Positions 9,902 through 18,332 of a stretch of 64,000 nt of DNA are shown in pieces. The notes below the pieces were generated by a model, which was given only the letters and a program-made list of their open reading frames with translations, did not search any database and was not told the origin of the DNA. A program made the translations under genes and the position numbers. Source of the stretch: an uncultured virus (IMG/VR IMGVR_UViG_3300048930_001385) (taxonomy: Duplodnaviria > Heunggongvirae > Uroviricota > Caudoviricetes); the IMG/VR virus record IMGVR_UViG_3300048930_001385; one strand, written 5' to 3'. How positions within the stretch are numbered: the first letter of the stretch is position 1; each line of letters opens with the position of its first letter.

Positions 9902-10174
9902 CTACCGACGGAGCGATGAATGACGAGAGAGTACGTCCTGGATCTTGATATCCAGTTCAGCGTCTCCACCGCTGAGCTCGTTCAGCAGGCTCGGACACTC
10001 ACCGACAACAAGAGCATAGAGTTCGCTCAGGCAGGAGGCGAGATCGTCAGAGACCTCATCCGCGACTGCATGAGAGTCAATCAGATCCTCACGATCCCAA
10101 CCCACGCTCTCCCCGTTATAGATCATTGGGAGTGTATGACGGTCCTCAGCGGGAATGTAGTTCTTTTCAATCAT
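9902..10174 (-). CDS. hypothetical protein, paralog of 11794..11994
   Basis: Shared LV.GECPSLL.ELSGGDA segment. Confidence 0.7.
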   Translation of the reverse strand: MIEKNYIPAEDRHTLPMIYNGESVGWDREDLIDSHAVADEVSDDLASCLSELYALVVGECPSLLNELSGGDAELDIKIQDVLSRHSSLRR

Positions 10175-10253
10175 GGTTTCTCCTCAGCCTAAATTCGTAT
10201 CGGCGAAACAAGTCAGTCTTTCCAGGTCAATGTGATGGCCGCTAACAATATAT

Positions 10254-10285
10254 GGGGCGGGGTTAGTCCCCGATAGCCCCGCCCC
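10254..10285. terminator. GC-rich hairpin, probable terminator
   Basis: GGGGCGGGGTTA...TAGCCCCGCCCC inverted repeat. Confidence 0.45.
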
Positions 10286-10602
10286 TTTAGTCATCCATGT
10301 GCCGTCTCGCGGGGACACATTCCAGGCCGCTGTGGATGACCTAATAGTTACTAAGGCCTAGTCGTCCTACACTCACCAACCGAGCGACTTAGAAGCTGCG
10401 ACAAAAGACCCTGGCTCGGCTTCCTTGAGCTCTGCGATACGCTCACCGATGCGCTGCATTTTACTGTTATCCACGCTACCCACCGGTGAGAATCGCCACC
10501 AGCTAAGTAGCTGCTGGATACCTGCGTTTTCGATCTCGGCCTCGGTCATACCCTATGTATCGGTAGAGGGCGGGTGTACTTGAGGCCAAGGATGCGGCCT
10601 AT

Positions 10603-11025
10603 TCAGCCACCACAGGCGTCGCACTGCATTGTCGCGCCCGGCGCCGCGCCCTCACGGTAGTCTGGACAAATGCCCCACTCGTCGCAGTTATCACAGTCGT
10701 CAATATAAGGATTGCGCTCACTGCGGGCCATGCGGTCAATGTCTGGAACCTGATCGGCCATGACGGTGAAGTGGTAGCGCAGACGAGCATGAAACATCTC
10801 ATTGTCGCTTACGTTTTGAAGTTCCTTGATAATCGCTCGACGCTGATCGCGGTCGTAGCCCGCGTCCTTCATCACGTCGTCAGCCGTCTTGAGGATGGCA
10901 AAGACGTTCTGGTCCCGTACCGAAGCCATGATGACTGGGCGACCATCAAGATCAGGGCTCTGAATTCTGCCCCGCCCCTTCTGATCGTACCAAACGCGGG
11001 TGGGTCGGTCCTCAGTTCGTCGCAT
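10603..11025 (-). CDS. hypothetical protein with Cys-rich C-terminus
   Basis: 140 aa; AGGAG RBS; CxxC motifs. Confidence 0.65.
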   Translation of the reverse strand: MRRTEDRPTRVWYDQKGRGRIQSPDLDGRPVIMASVRDQNVFAILKTADDVMKDAGYDRDQRRAIIKELQNVSDNEMFHARLRYHFTVMADQVPDIDRMARSERNPYIDDCDNCDEWGICPDYREGAAPGATMQCDACGG

Positions 11026-11260
11026 GACATTCTCCTTGCTAGGTTACTGTTCTCAGTATCTATCGGCATCAACACTTGATAGGGGAGGACAATACGACGG
11101 CCTCTTTCCAATACCGATATAGAAATTCCCGGACTGCTAACCGAGTATCTGGCGCAGCATCGTCAGCCGCTGACGACACGATGACTGCACGGATCGTTCT
11201 CAAGCAAGGGCTCTGTATTTAAAATATTCTGGGTGTAGTCGACGCGCTCAGTTTAGCAGA

Positions 11261-11740
11261 CTAGAGAGCTTTCTGGTAATGATCAACCCTGACCCCGACC
11301 GTGGATTCGCGGTATCCGCCTCCCGACGGCATGAAACCGTGCTTGCGAACAAATCGCTGAGCAAGGGTGTTGGTGCGCCAGCAAGAGACTCGCATCGTCT
11401 CCAGCCCTAGCGCTCGTGCTTGTCGTTCTCTCCACGATTGGAGTAACGACCCTAGACCTTGTCCAGAGTCGAGCGTGTACATCCCTACACTCCCGCCGTC
11501 CGCTCGTGAACCGCGCTTGCGGAAGCCAGTGTAGCCGATGATCTTTCCATCCAGGATTGCAATCCAAAGATAGTAATCCTTGCGCCCAATACGATAGCGG
11601 AAATACTCTTCGCCAGCGGACTTATCAATCCAGGCACGGGCACCTTCACCGTAAGCTCGTTCTGCACTCACCCGCTTCAGAGCAGCAAGCTCTGCGATAT
11701 CATCGCGGTGTGCTGCGCGGATTGTAATGTCTTCTTCCAT
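11261..11740 (-). CDS. GNAT acetyltransferase
   Basis: IRAAHRDD start, GQGLGSLL acetyl-CoA motif, N..A.RF..KHGF; leaderless ATG. Confidence 0.85.
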   Translation of the reverse strand: MEEDITIRAAHRDDIAELAALKRVSAERAYGEGARAWIDKSAGEEYFRYRIGRKDYYLWIAILDGKIIGYTGFRKRGSRADGGSVGMYTLDSGQGLGSLLQSWRERQARALGLETMRVSCWRTNTLAQRFVRKHGFMPSGGGYRESTVGVRVDHYQKAL

Positions 11741-11793
11741 ATCACTGTTATCGGAGGAAAACACTGCTAGCCTGAGGCCAAGAATCTGGCCTG

Positions 11794-11994
11794 TTAGCTC
11801 TTGCGCAGGCGACAGCGGAACGACAAGGTCTCCTGGATTCGCATATACATGTCGGCATCGCCACCACTGAGCTCATCCAGAAGGCTGGGGCACTCACCCA
11901 TAACCAGAGAGAACAGATCGTCCAAGCACCCAGCGATGTTGTCACCCAAAGTATCCGACACCCAGGATTTCGCCGGTCTGTTATTGCTTGTCAT
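11794..11994 (-). CDS. hypothetical protein, paralog of 9902..10174
   Basis: LVMGECPSLLDELSGGDA; start uncertain. Confidence 0.6.
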   Translation of the reverse strand: MTSNNRPAKSWVSDTLGDNIAGCLDDLFSLVMGECPSLLDELSGGDADMYMRIQETLSFRCRLRKS

Positions 11995-12184
11995 CACTAT
12001 CGGTAAACCCGGCCCCATCCTTGAGGCCGAAGTGCTGGCCTCGCTGAGTTGCCAAATTGATGTATATTCCCCGCGTCCGACTTGAACGGACTGCCAACCA
12101 CCCACTCGCTTCTGTACTATCCACGAGGGCCTTATGGGACGGGGCAGAAAGTGACATCGCGTAGTACCACCATTCACTCCCCAG

Positions 12185-12268
12185 TTGGCGCGACAGGACT
12201 TGAACCTGCTATCTCCTCCTCGCAGGAAACTGACGGGAGGCGCTTATACCTATTAAGCTTCTGTGCCA
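12185..12268 (-). ncRNA. tRNA-like RNA with extended anticodon arm and imperfect acceptor stem
   Basis: D-arm GCTT..AAGC; stem CCTCC/GGAGG enclosing 16 nt; T-arm GCAGG-TTCAAGT-CCTGT. Confidence 0.6.
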
Positions 12269-12332
12269 ATGTGGTCACCCGTCCCATAGGGTGGTAACCC
12301 TCGGTTCCGGCCTTGGCCCTCCCCGACTCTAT

Positions 12333-12426
12333 GCGGCGTGGTGGGATTCGAACCCACGCTCGGCGGTTTTCCCTGGTTGGTTAGACCGGGTACTGGCCCC
12401 CTGCTCTACCACTGAGCTACACGCCT
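12333..12426 (-). ncRNA. tRNA-like RNA, anticodon loop replaced by a 30-nt loop-E/hairpin module
   Basis: GGCGTG-TA-GCTCAGTGGTAGAGC...CCAGTA-CCCGGT-CTAACCA-ACCAGG-GAAAA...GTGGG-TTCGAAT-CCCAC-CACGCC. Confidence 0.8.
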
Positions 12427-12536
12427 AATCTCGCCACGCGAAGCGACCAAGCCCCGGTATTGAGAAAGTTTACCTTACTGGTTATCTGTATCGGTTGCAA
12501 TGCCCGGAGCTTAAGGCCAAGCTCCGGGCCTATTTG

Positions 12537-12612
12537 GCGCCGCCCCCGGAGCTCCCCAGAGCTCGCCGCCCGCAATGGACGGCAGGGGATCGAACCACTC
12601 CCCGGCGTTGGC
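12537..12612 (-). ncRNA. Circularly permuted tRNA-like RNA (YrlA/Y RNA-like)
   Basis: Order: T-arm (GGTTCGATCCC), closed acceptor GCCGTCC-ATTGC-GGGCGGC, D-arm GCTC-TGGG-GAGC, closed by CCGG/CCGG. Confidence 0.6.
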
Positions 12613-12615
12613 AAA

Positions 12616-12712
12616 ACAGGTGACAAGGAATTGAACCTTGCTCTCCCCGCCCTTTTCACCCGCTGGTTAGGCTGGCTACTGGGGGCGAGTGTGCACCGTA
12701 CACCACACCTGT
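12616..12712 (-). ncRNA. tRNA-like RNA, anticodon loop replaced by a 30-nt loop-E/hairpin module (second copy)
   Basis: Acceptor ACAGGTG/CACCTGT; stem CTCGCCC/GGGCGGG enclosing CCAGTA-GCCAGC-CTAACCA-GCGGGT-GAAAA; T-arm CAAGG-TTCAATT-CCTTG. Confidence 0.8.
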
Positions 12713-12873
12713 CTGATCTATCGCTCATGACCACCACGGTCAGCGAAGATCAAAACCTCCGGGCAGTTTCAGCTCTTGCCCAGGAGCCTTACCTATCTTA
12801 TTCTCTTTGTTATACCGTATGTATCGGCACCAGCTAGGAGCGCTTGAGGCCAACCGTTTGGCCTCCTTCAAGA

Positions 12874-13200
12874 CTAGCTGACAAACTGGAAGATGATCCA
12901 GCCATAGAAAACGGCGAATACTGGCGCCCAGAGATAGATGGCGATCTTCATCGTATCGTACTCGTCGTCATCGTCCTTGAGGTTATTCGTTCCCTTAATG
13001 AGGCCAACGACAACCATGAATCCCGCTGCTTCCCAGATACCCACTCCTGGCACTCCCAGCGGGGTAACAAACCACTCCCACAGCTGTGACAGAGCCCAGC
13101 CGTAATAGTAGCTGAAAGCAAGACCGATTGGAGTGATAAGCAGATAGATGACTGGAGCAACAACCAGTCCTGCCAAAAAATCCCTACCCTTATTATTCAT
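12874..13200 (-). CDS. membrane protein
   Basis: 3 hydrophobic segments; LWEWFVTP motif. Confidence 0.7.
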   Translation of the reverse strand: MNNKGRDFLAGLVVAPVIYLLITPIGLAFSYYYGWALSQLWEWFVTPLGVPGVGIWEAAGFMVVVGLIKGTNNLKDDDDEYDTMKIAIYLWAPVFAVFYGWIIFQFVS

Positions 13201-13282
13201 GCCGACCTTCCCTATAAGATGGATTGCTTACCTTGCTTATCGCCATAGGATGTACTGAGGTTGAGGACATTGTGTGGCCTCT

Positions 13283-13594
13283 CTAGGACTCAACTACCAT
13301 TACCTTGCGGTAATTCGTCAGCTGATCATTATCACTAAAGTAGCCGACCCCGCGCAGCCTCCCGGTATCATCAACTTTCATGAACCCGGTTGCATAGACA
13401 CGGTTAAGTAGCTCCACGTGCGCGTTCTCGAGAATGAAGCGGTGTTCACGATCCGGATGCTCAGGCAACACAATATGAAGTTCCGAGGAGTGGTCGTTAT
13501 CGAATCCAGTGTGCAGATCACCAACGCCCTCCATCAGAACGACTTGTTCCCTGCCCGGGGTCATTGTAATAATCTTGAAATTCTTTTTGCTCAT
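13283..13594 (-). CDS. hypothetical protein
   Basis: 103 aa; near-leaderless start after the promoter at ~13604. Confidence 0.65.
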   Translation of the reverse strand: MSKKNFKIITMTPGREQVVLMEGVGDLHTGFDNDHSSELHIVLPEHPDREHRFILENAHVELLNRVYATGFMKVDDTGRLRGVGYFSDNDQLTNYRKVMVVES

Positions 13595-13630
13595 ACAGTC
13601 CTTATCGTCTCCATAGCTGAGTAGTTGAGG

Positions 13631-13927
13631 TCAGCCCTCTTCATAATGCTCATTCAAGGCGACCAGTTCGTACACCATTGGAGGCATCATCCCTAGAGCC
13701 CCAATAGTCCAGTCACCGAGCACACGCCAGATAACTGTAGCCCCGTAAGCCAATCCACCACCACAGAAGAAAGCAAGGATCCAGAGCGTCTGCATGAGGG
13801 CGGTACTGATCCCTCGGTCATGAGCCATAACCGCACGGTGTAGGCGGGTCAGGTAGTAGAACGGCCCGATGAACAGCACTAACAGTGTGTGGTGGAGTCG
13901 GCTACTGGGCGGGTAATTATCAAGCAT
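13631..13927 (-). CDS. membrane protein
   Basis: Hydrophobic segments; AGGAG RBS. Confidence 0.6.
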   Translation of the reverse strand: MLDNYPPSSRLHHTLLVLFIGPFYYLTRLHRAVMAHDRGISTALMQTLWILAFFCGGGLAYGATVIWRVLGDWTIGALGMMPPMVYELVALNEHYEEG

Positions 13928-13993
13928 GGTATTATCTCCTAGTCGTTGTTATCATCACCCTACTGGATAGCAGAATGACAATCTATTGGCCAT

Positions 13994-14455
13994 TTAGATA
14001 CGAATCCCCTTGCGCAGATCATCCTCGTCGGGGTGTGCCCGCCCGAGACGAGCAAGCGTGGCTTTGAGAATATCTGAGAACGTTCCCAAGTAGAGCAGGC
14101 TGATTGCATCGTATTCGCCGCACTCGCACCGGATCGGCTGGACAATGTCTCCGGTAGCGAGAATACCGTGGTACTCGTCGCTGTCTGCGTCGGTTCCGCC
14201 AAATTGGGTAAAGTCCACTTCACGAATCGTGACGCTATCGGGCATCATCAACTGGCAGTCATGCCTGAGGTGGCGGCTAATATCGTAGTCCTCCCAGCCA
14301 TAATAATCAATGTAGAATCCTGGATTCTTTGAAAAATCATCGCCCTTGGCATAACGAAGGTCAAAATCAACCGGCGAGCCAAGATCACGGATAACCTCGC
14401 GCATAGCCGCACGCACTTCTTCGTCGAGGATAATTTCTGATGACCGAGGATACAT
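13994..14455 (-). CDS. hypothetical protein
   Basis: 153-aa ORF in an operon with 14465..14695. Confidence 0.65.
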   Translation of the reverse strand: MYPRSSEIILDEEVRAAMREVIRDLGSPVDFDLRYAKGDDFSKNPGFYIDYYGWEDYDISRHLRHDCQLMMPDSVTIREVDFTQFGGTDADSDEYHGILATGDIVQPIRCECGEYDAISLLYLGTFSDILKATLARLGRAHPDEDDLRKGIRI

Positions 14456-14464
14456 ACCTAATCC

Positions 14465-14695
14465 TTAACTGACTGTCTGAGTATTGTTCGTATCTACAGT
14501 GAGAAAAGATTCTACGACTGCGAGCTTCTGATGAACCTCAGCCCATGCAAGAGTTGTGTCCTTGACCAGATCGAAGTACTCCGGATTCTCCGTCCGGAGA
14601 GTTTTGAGCTTATCAACATACTGACTCTGTAGCGAGTCTAGTTCTCCCTTACGGGTGGTCAGCTGCTCGCGCTCGGTATCAGAGAGATAGCTCAT
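14465..14695 (-). CDS. small coiled-coil protein
   Basis: Leaderless ATG 8 nt after the GCCGATA box. Confidence 0.65.
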   Translation of the reverse strand: MSYLSDTEREQLTTRKGELDSLQSQYVDKLKTLRTENPEYFDLVKDTTLAWAEVHQKLAVVESFLTVDTNNTQTVS

Positions 14696-14723
14696 GGCTA
14701 GAGTATCGGCATCTCATCCTGAC

Positions 14724-15173
14724 TCATGAGGCCAACTCTTGGCCAACCCACCACTGCCTGAGCGCTTGCACCGCTTTCCTAGAGGGCTTTCGTGGTCTAG
14801 CTCTGTAGCCCCAGTGTGCGATGAGTATGTCCGGATGGTCGTGGATAAGTTCATTCGGAGTCCACCTGCAAGCGCGGAATGTGTCGCTAAGGTCTCGTGC
14901 CCACGCGTCTCCGATTCCAGGGATCTCTCTAAATTCTGCATATAAGTTAGGGCCGCAGGCGGCGTAGATCTCCCATCTCCACTCAAGCTCTGTCATTGGT
15001 TGGGCCGGTACGATCTCTCCAGTCTGATGAACATATCGCAGTCTGGTTGGTATCACCTTGAGCATGGCCTGGTAGCCGCCACGATGCCAATGCCAAACGA
15101 ATTTGCGTGGCATTTGTCGCTGGCACTCCCGGACCCACGTGTAAGCTTCCTGATATATCTCCTCGTCAGTCAT
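14724..15173 (-). CDS. HhH-motif paralog family protein
   Basis: FREIPGIGDAWARDL ... AVQALRQWW; ATGA coupling to the upstream gene. Confidence 0.8.
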   Translation of the reverse strand: MTDEEIYQEAYTWVRECQRQMPRKFVWHWHRGGYQAMLKVIPTRLRYVHQTGEIVPAQPMTELEWRWEIYAACGPNLYAEFREIPGIGDAWARDLSDTFRACRWTPNELIHDHPDILIAHWGYRARPRKPSRKAVQALRQWWVGQELAS

Positions 15174-15610
15174 GATCCGTCCAATTTCTTTTCCTCTATC
15201 CACCACTGCCTGAGTTCTCGAATAGCCGCCCTTGTTGGTACTCGCAGTGCCTGATCGTGTCCATAACGGAGGAGTTCTCGGACGCCAGAAGTGCGGAGAA
15301 GCATTTCCGAATAATTCATTATCACATCGCCGACAGTAGTATGTTTTTCTGCAGCCAAGGCAACAATTGTTTGAGAGAGATCGTAACTCCATATGTCTCC
15401 AATCCCAGGGATGCTAGTTAGTACCTTTCTGAGCGCAAAGTCAACATTATATAATACAATCAGGTTCTGCGCGGGCAACTCTCCCGCTCCAATGATAAAG
15501 GGAATAAGCTTCTCCCGCTTAGGATCGGCAAGATTCTCCTTAGCTGAGGAAGGCAAGTCCTCGATCAAACGATCAATCCATTCTAGATATTCTCCAGCAG
15601 TCCTCGTCAA
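15170..15610 (-). CDS. HhH-motif paralog family protein
   Basis: LTSIPGIGDIWSYDL ... AIRELRQWW. Confidence 0.8.
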   Translation of the reverse strand: MTRTAGEYLEWIDRLIEDLPSSAKENLADPKREKLIPFIIGAGELPAQNLIVLYNVDFALRKVLTSIPGIGDIWSYDLSQTIVALAAEKHTTVGDVIMNYSEMLLRTSGVRELLRYGHDQALRVPTRAAIRELRQWWIEEKKLDGS

Positions 15611-16065
15611 CTATCCGCCCTCTTCTGTTCTACCCACCATTCGCGTACAGCTCTCACTATAGCCCGATTCGGATCCCGGACCGTCGTCTGATCAAGCAGC
15701 GACGTAAGCTTTCGCATCGGGCTTGCTCGATTCAAAAGATTAGCATGGTCAATGATAACGGTGCTAAGGACAACCTTATTCTCTATGGCTAGCGCGAGTA
15801 TCGCGATGGCCAAGTCTCTTGCCCAAGCTCTCCCGATATTAGGTATTGTTAATAATCCATCGTGCAGCGCTTGTCCAACGCGGTAATGCTGGAGCAGCTC
15901 CCAGTCATCATAATCCAATGACAATATCTTCGCACTAATTGCGGGGTCAGGTTGAGTAACTACTCGTTGCATAGCGAGTGGCAGGTCTTCATAGACCGCT
16001 TGAATCCACTCTATGCTGTCCGCTATTGCCTCGTGGTGTTGTCCTGCTTCTATCATTTCATCCAC
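15607..16065 (-). CDS. HhH-motif paralog family protein
   Basis: LLTIPNIGRAWARDL ... IVRAVREWW. Confidence 0.8.
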   Translation of the reverse strand: MDEMIEAGQHHEAIADSIEWIQAVYEDLPLAMQRVVTQPDPAISAKILSLDYDDWELLQHYRVGQALHDGLLTIPNIGRAWARDLAIAILALAIENKVVLSTVIIDHANLLNRASPMRKLTSLLDQTTVRDPNRAIVRAVREWWVEQKRADS

Positions 16066-16625
16066 TCTGCAAACAGCTGATTAAAGTAAGGCTCGATCTT
16101 ATCCCGATAAAGCTGATCCGAAGAATACCATTCACGGCCGTGTGTGAGGTCTGAGTGGTCTGGAAGCTTGCCGTCCAGGGTCCATATTACATATGCCCGG
16201 GCAAACAGCTCTATTGATAGGTGACGGTATATATGAGCAATCTCAATCCCCCGTGCAGCGTCTTCCTCGCGCCAGTGTTCAACGATCTCTACCCAGGGCT
16301 TATGATCATAGCACGACCAGTAAGTGCCGTCACCAAGGAGGTGGCAATCTACTGCATGCCCTAGTTCATGCAAGGGAACAGTGATATCGGCCAGACCCTT
16401 CTTGATGTAAATATTGTGCTCACGAGCATTATATTTTCCGACCTTCTTGTTTGTGATCAGGTTAGGGTACACCTTGCCGATCCTAAAAGATGGTGGAAAA
16501 GTGTGCTTCACCTTTGCCCACGCCTCGAGGACAAGAGGATGCTTACTAGGAAAGACATAGCTAACGGGACGCGACCAGCCCATAGGGGGAAGTAGAAGGG
16601 TCTGAGGGCGTGCAGCAGTCAGCAT
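16053..16625 (-). CDS. Zincin-like metallopeptidase (HExxH)
   Basis: LHELGHAVD and downstream ELFARAY; TATACT-N6-ATG. Confidence 0.7.
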   Translation of the reverse strand: MLTAARPQTLLLPPMGWSRPVSYVFPSKHPLVLEAWAKVKHTFPPSFRIGKVYPNLITNKKVGKYNAREHNIYIKKGLADITVPLHELGHAVDCHLLGDGTYWSCYDHKPWVEIVEHWREEDAARGIEIAHIYRHLSIELFARAYVIWTLDGKLPDHSDLTHGREWYSSDQLYRDKIEPYFNQLFAEWMK

Positions 16626-16711
16626 GATCACAGTATAGAGCTATCTGGCCCTGCGGTCAATATTATTAACATGGGCTATGTGGCAAGCTAAAGTTGCCAC
16701 ATGTCTACATA

Positions 16712-16912
16712 CTAGAGGCCAATTGACTCTCGGGCCTGGGCTGCTCGGTCAATCAGGTGAGAAGCCTCCAGGAGTAGCTCATGGCGCTTCTCTGAGCCTG
16801 CTGGCAGTAGCTCGGCCTCGTGAATAATATTGACCGCTGCGTTCATGCAGTCACCAACATACTGCTCTCGCTGGTCAGAGGGAACGATAGGATTGCTGTC
16901 AGGTTGGCTCAT
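16712..16912 (-). CDS. hypothetical protein
   Basis: 66-aa ORF directly following 16915..17313. Confidence 0.55.
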   Translation of the reverse strand: MSQPDSNPIVPSDQREQYVGDCMNAAVNIIHEAELLPAGSEKRHELLLEASHLIDRAAQARESIGL

Positions 16913-16914
16913 CC

Positions 16915-17313
16915 CTAGATCACGTGTCCGTAGTAGCCTTCATCATCAATGCGCGCTAGTTCGTCATCGCGGTAATTCGTGAACGTAAGAGGATGGCCAA
17001 GGCGCTTCATCGCCATCGCCGTGGCAAAATCCGTTCGCGCTGGATAGGCACGCTTCGTCGGCACTAGTGGTTCGGCCGGAAGCGACTCACCGCGAGAGTA
17101 GCTGACGACAACAATATCTGGATCATCAGGAGCCCGCCCCGGATGATAGCGCAGGCAGTGGATGGCCCCGTCCTTGTAGTAGACGTGTACCGTGGTTCGG
17201 TCTAGATCGTACCCAAAAATAAGGGTGCGGGCCGTAGGCAAGAAGTCATTAACCGTCAGGTCGGCGACCTCATGGACAGCCTTAGTCGCTAGCTCGTATT
17301 CATCGCGTCTCAT
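16915..17313 (-). CDS. hypothetical protein
   Basis: 132 aa; AGGAG RBS. Confidence 0.7.
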   Translation of the reverse strand: MRRDEYELATKAVHEVADLTVNDFLPTARTLIFGYDLDRTTVHVYYKDGAIHCLRYHPGRAPDDPDIVVVSYSRGESLPAEPLVPTKRAYPARTDFATAMAMKRLGHPLTFTNYRDDELARIDDEGYYGHVI

Positions 17314-17328
17314 TGTATCTCCTTTCTA

Positions 17329-17400
17329 TGGGCCCGGAGGGATTCGAACCCCCAACAAAGAGATTAAAAGTCTCCTACTCTACCGTTGAGTTACAAGCCC
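17329..17400 (-). tRNA. tRNA-Lys(UUU)
   Basis: Canonical cloverleaf GGGCTTG...GGAGA-CTTTTAA-TCTCT...GGTTCGAATCC...CGGGCCCA; own promoter at 17414. Confidence 0.92.
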
Positions 17401-17473
17401 TTGTTGAGATAAGTATCGGTTCAATCTGGCTTTTGCATTAGGCCAAAGAGTGGCCTTTTGGTGTGCTCTTACG

Positions 17474-17556
17474 GACCTACAGCCCACACTGTTCTACTCG
17501 TGTAGACCTACGGCCCACACTGTTCTACTCGTGCGGCTTCAGCCGCACTGTTCCCA
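17474..17556. repeat. 31-bp tandem repeat (2 copies plus a degenerate third overlapping a gene end)
   Basis: GACCTAC(A/G)GCCCACACTGTTCTACTCGTG at 17474 and 17505. Confidence 0.8.
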
Positions 17557-17976
17557 CCAGCCTCGGGTGTTGATGCGGGCACTGTCCACGGCCTCAATCA
17601 CATCCGGACTCATGCTCTTACCCTGCTCGGGTGCACCCCATCCTGCCCGTAGCATCGTCAGCGACACAGCTTCTCCGTCCTTGGAAAGAACACTGCCATC
17701 GTACTTGACGACTTGGCCCTCGGGAATATGATTGCGAAGCCACTGAGTTGCTTCTGCCGCTCCGCAAGCAGTAGAGCTGTCGGTGTCAACGGGTGGAACG
17801 ATGCCGGCGATGGTGACGACGCCAGATCCAGAGAGTTCTACTGTGCGGGCGTCAATGACCCTGACAACTGTCTCCACCTCGGGCTGATCGTAACCAGCGC
17901 GCACCTGGGAGAAGCCAATTGCGGCGACCAGCACACAGGCGATAATGATAGTTGAATGAATGGCACGATTCTTCAT
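17539..17976 (-). CDS. Secreted thermonuclease (SNase)-family protein, possibly inactive
   Basis: Signal peptide; VVRVIDARTV, CGAAEAT.WL, MLRAGW, AR....GWW; lacks canonical DGDT. Confidence 0.7.
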   Translation of the reverse strand: MKNRAIHSTIIIACVLVAAIGFSQVRAGYDQPEVETVVRVIDARTVELSGSGVVTIAGIVPPVDTDSSTACGAAEATQWLRNHIPEGQVVKYDGSVLSKDGEAVSLTMLRAGWGAPEQGKSMSPDVIEAVDSARINTRGWWEQCG

Positions 17977-18032
17977 ACTGTAGTTATCGGTGAATAATCA
18001 GCCGCTCAGGAGGCCAATAACATGGCCGCGAA

Positions 18033-18175
18033 TAAGGAGGGCGTGGAGTTGAACCACACTAGGGACCACCCAGTGACGGAATCGAACCGTCTGTTGCGAG
18101 GCACCCATAGTGGGCCTTCGTGTCTGTGTATTTCCGGGTTATTTTAATAGTTAAGGAGCCCGCCGCTCTCCTTAA
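18033..18175 (-). ncRNA. Possible tRNA-derived structured RNA with two T-arms
   Basis: GACGG-TTCGATT-CCGTC and GTGG-TTCAACT-CCAC separated by a short hairpin; transcribed from the promoter at ~18276. Confidence 0.45.
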
Positions 18176-18332
18176 CAGTAGTAGACCTCACGCACCGCCT
18201 GAGCAGTCGTGGCTTGGCTGCAATGTCTACTCCGCCTCATCGTTGTCGGGGCTGCCCCGCTCGTCGCTGCATATCTATCGGCACCGCAGGGCGCTCTCTT
18301 GAGGCCAATAACATGGCCAGGATATATCCTGG

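Noticed and set aside
12333..12712. Amber-suppressor tRNAs (CTA in the loop)
   Set aside because: CUA occupies positions 1-3 of the 7-nt loop rather than the central triplet, and the arm is far too long for decoding. TAG is used as a normal stop in many genes here.
17474..17556. Mini CRISPR array
   Set aside because: Repeats are head-to-tail with no unique spacers and resemble the end of the adjacent gene.
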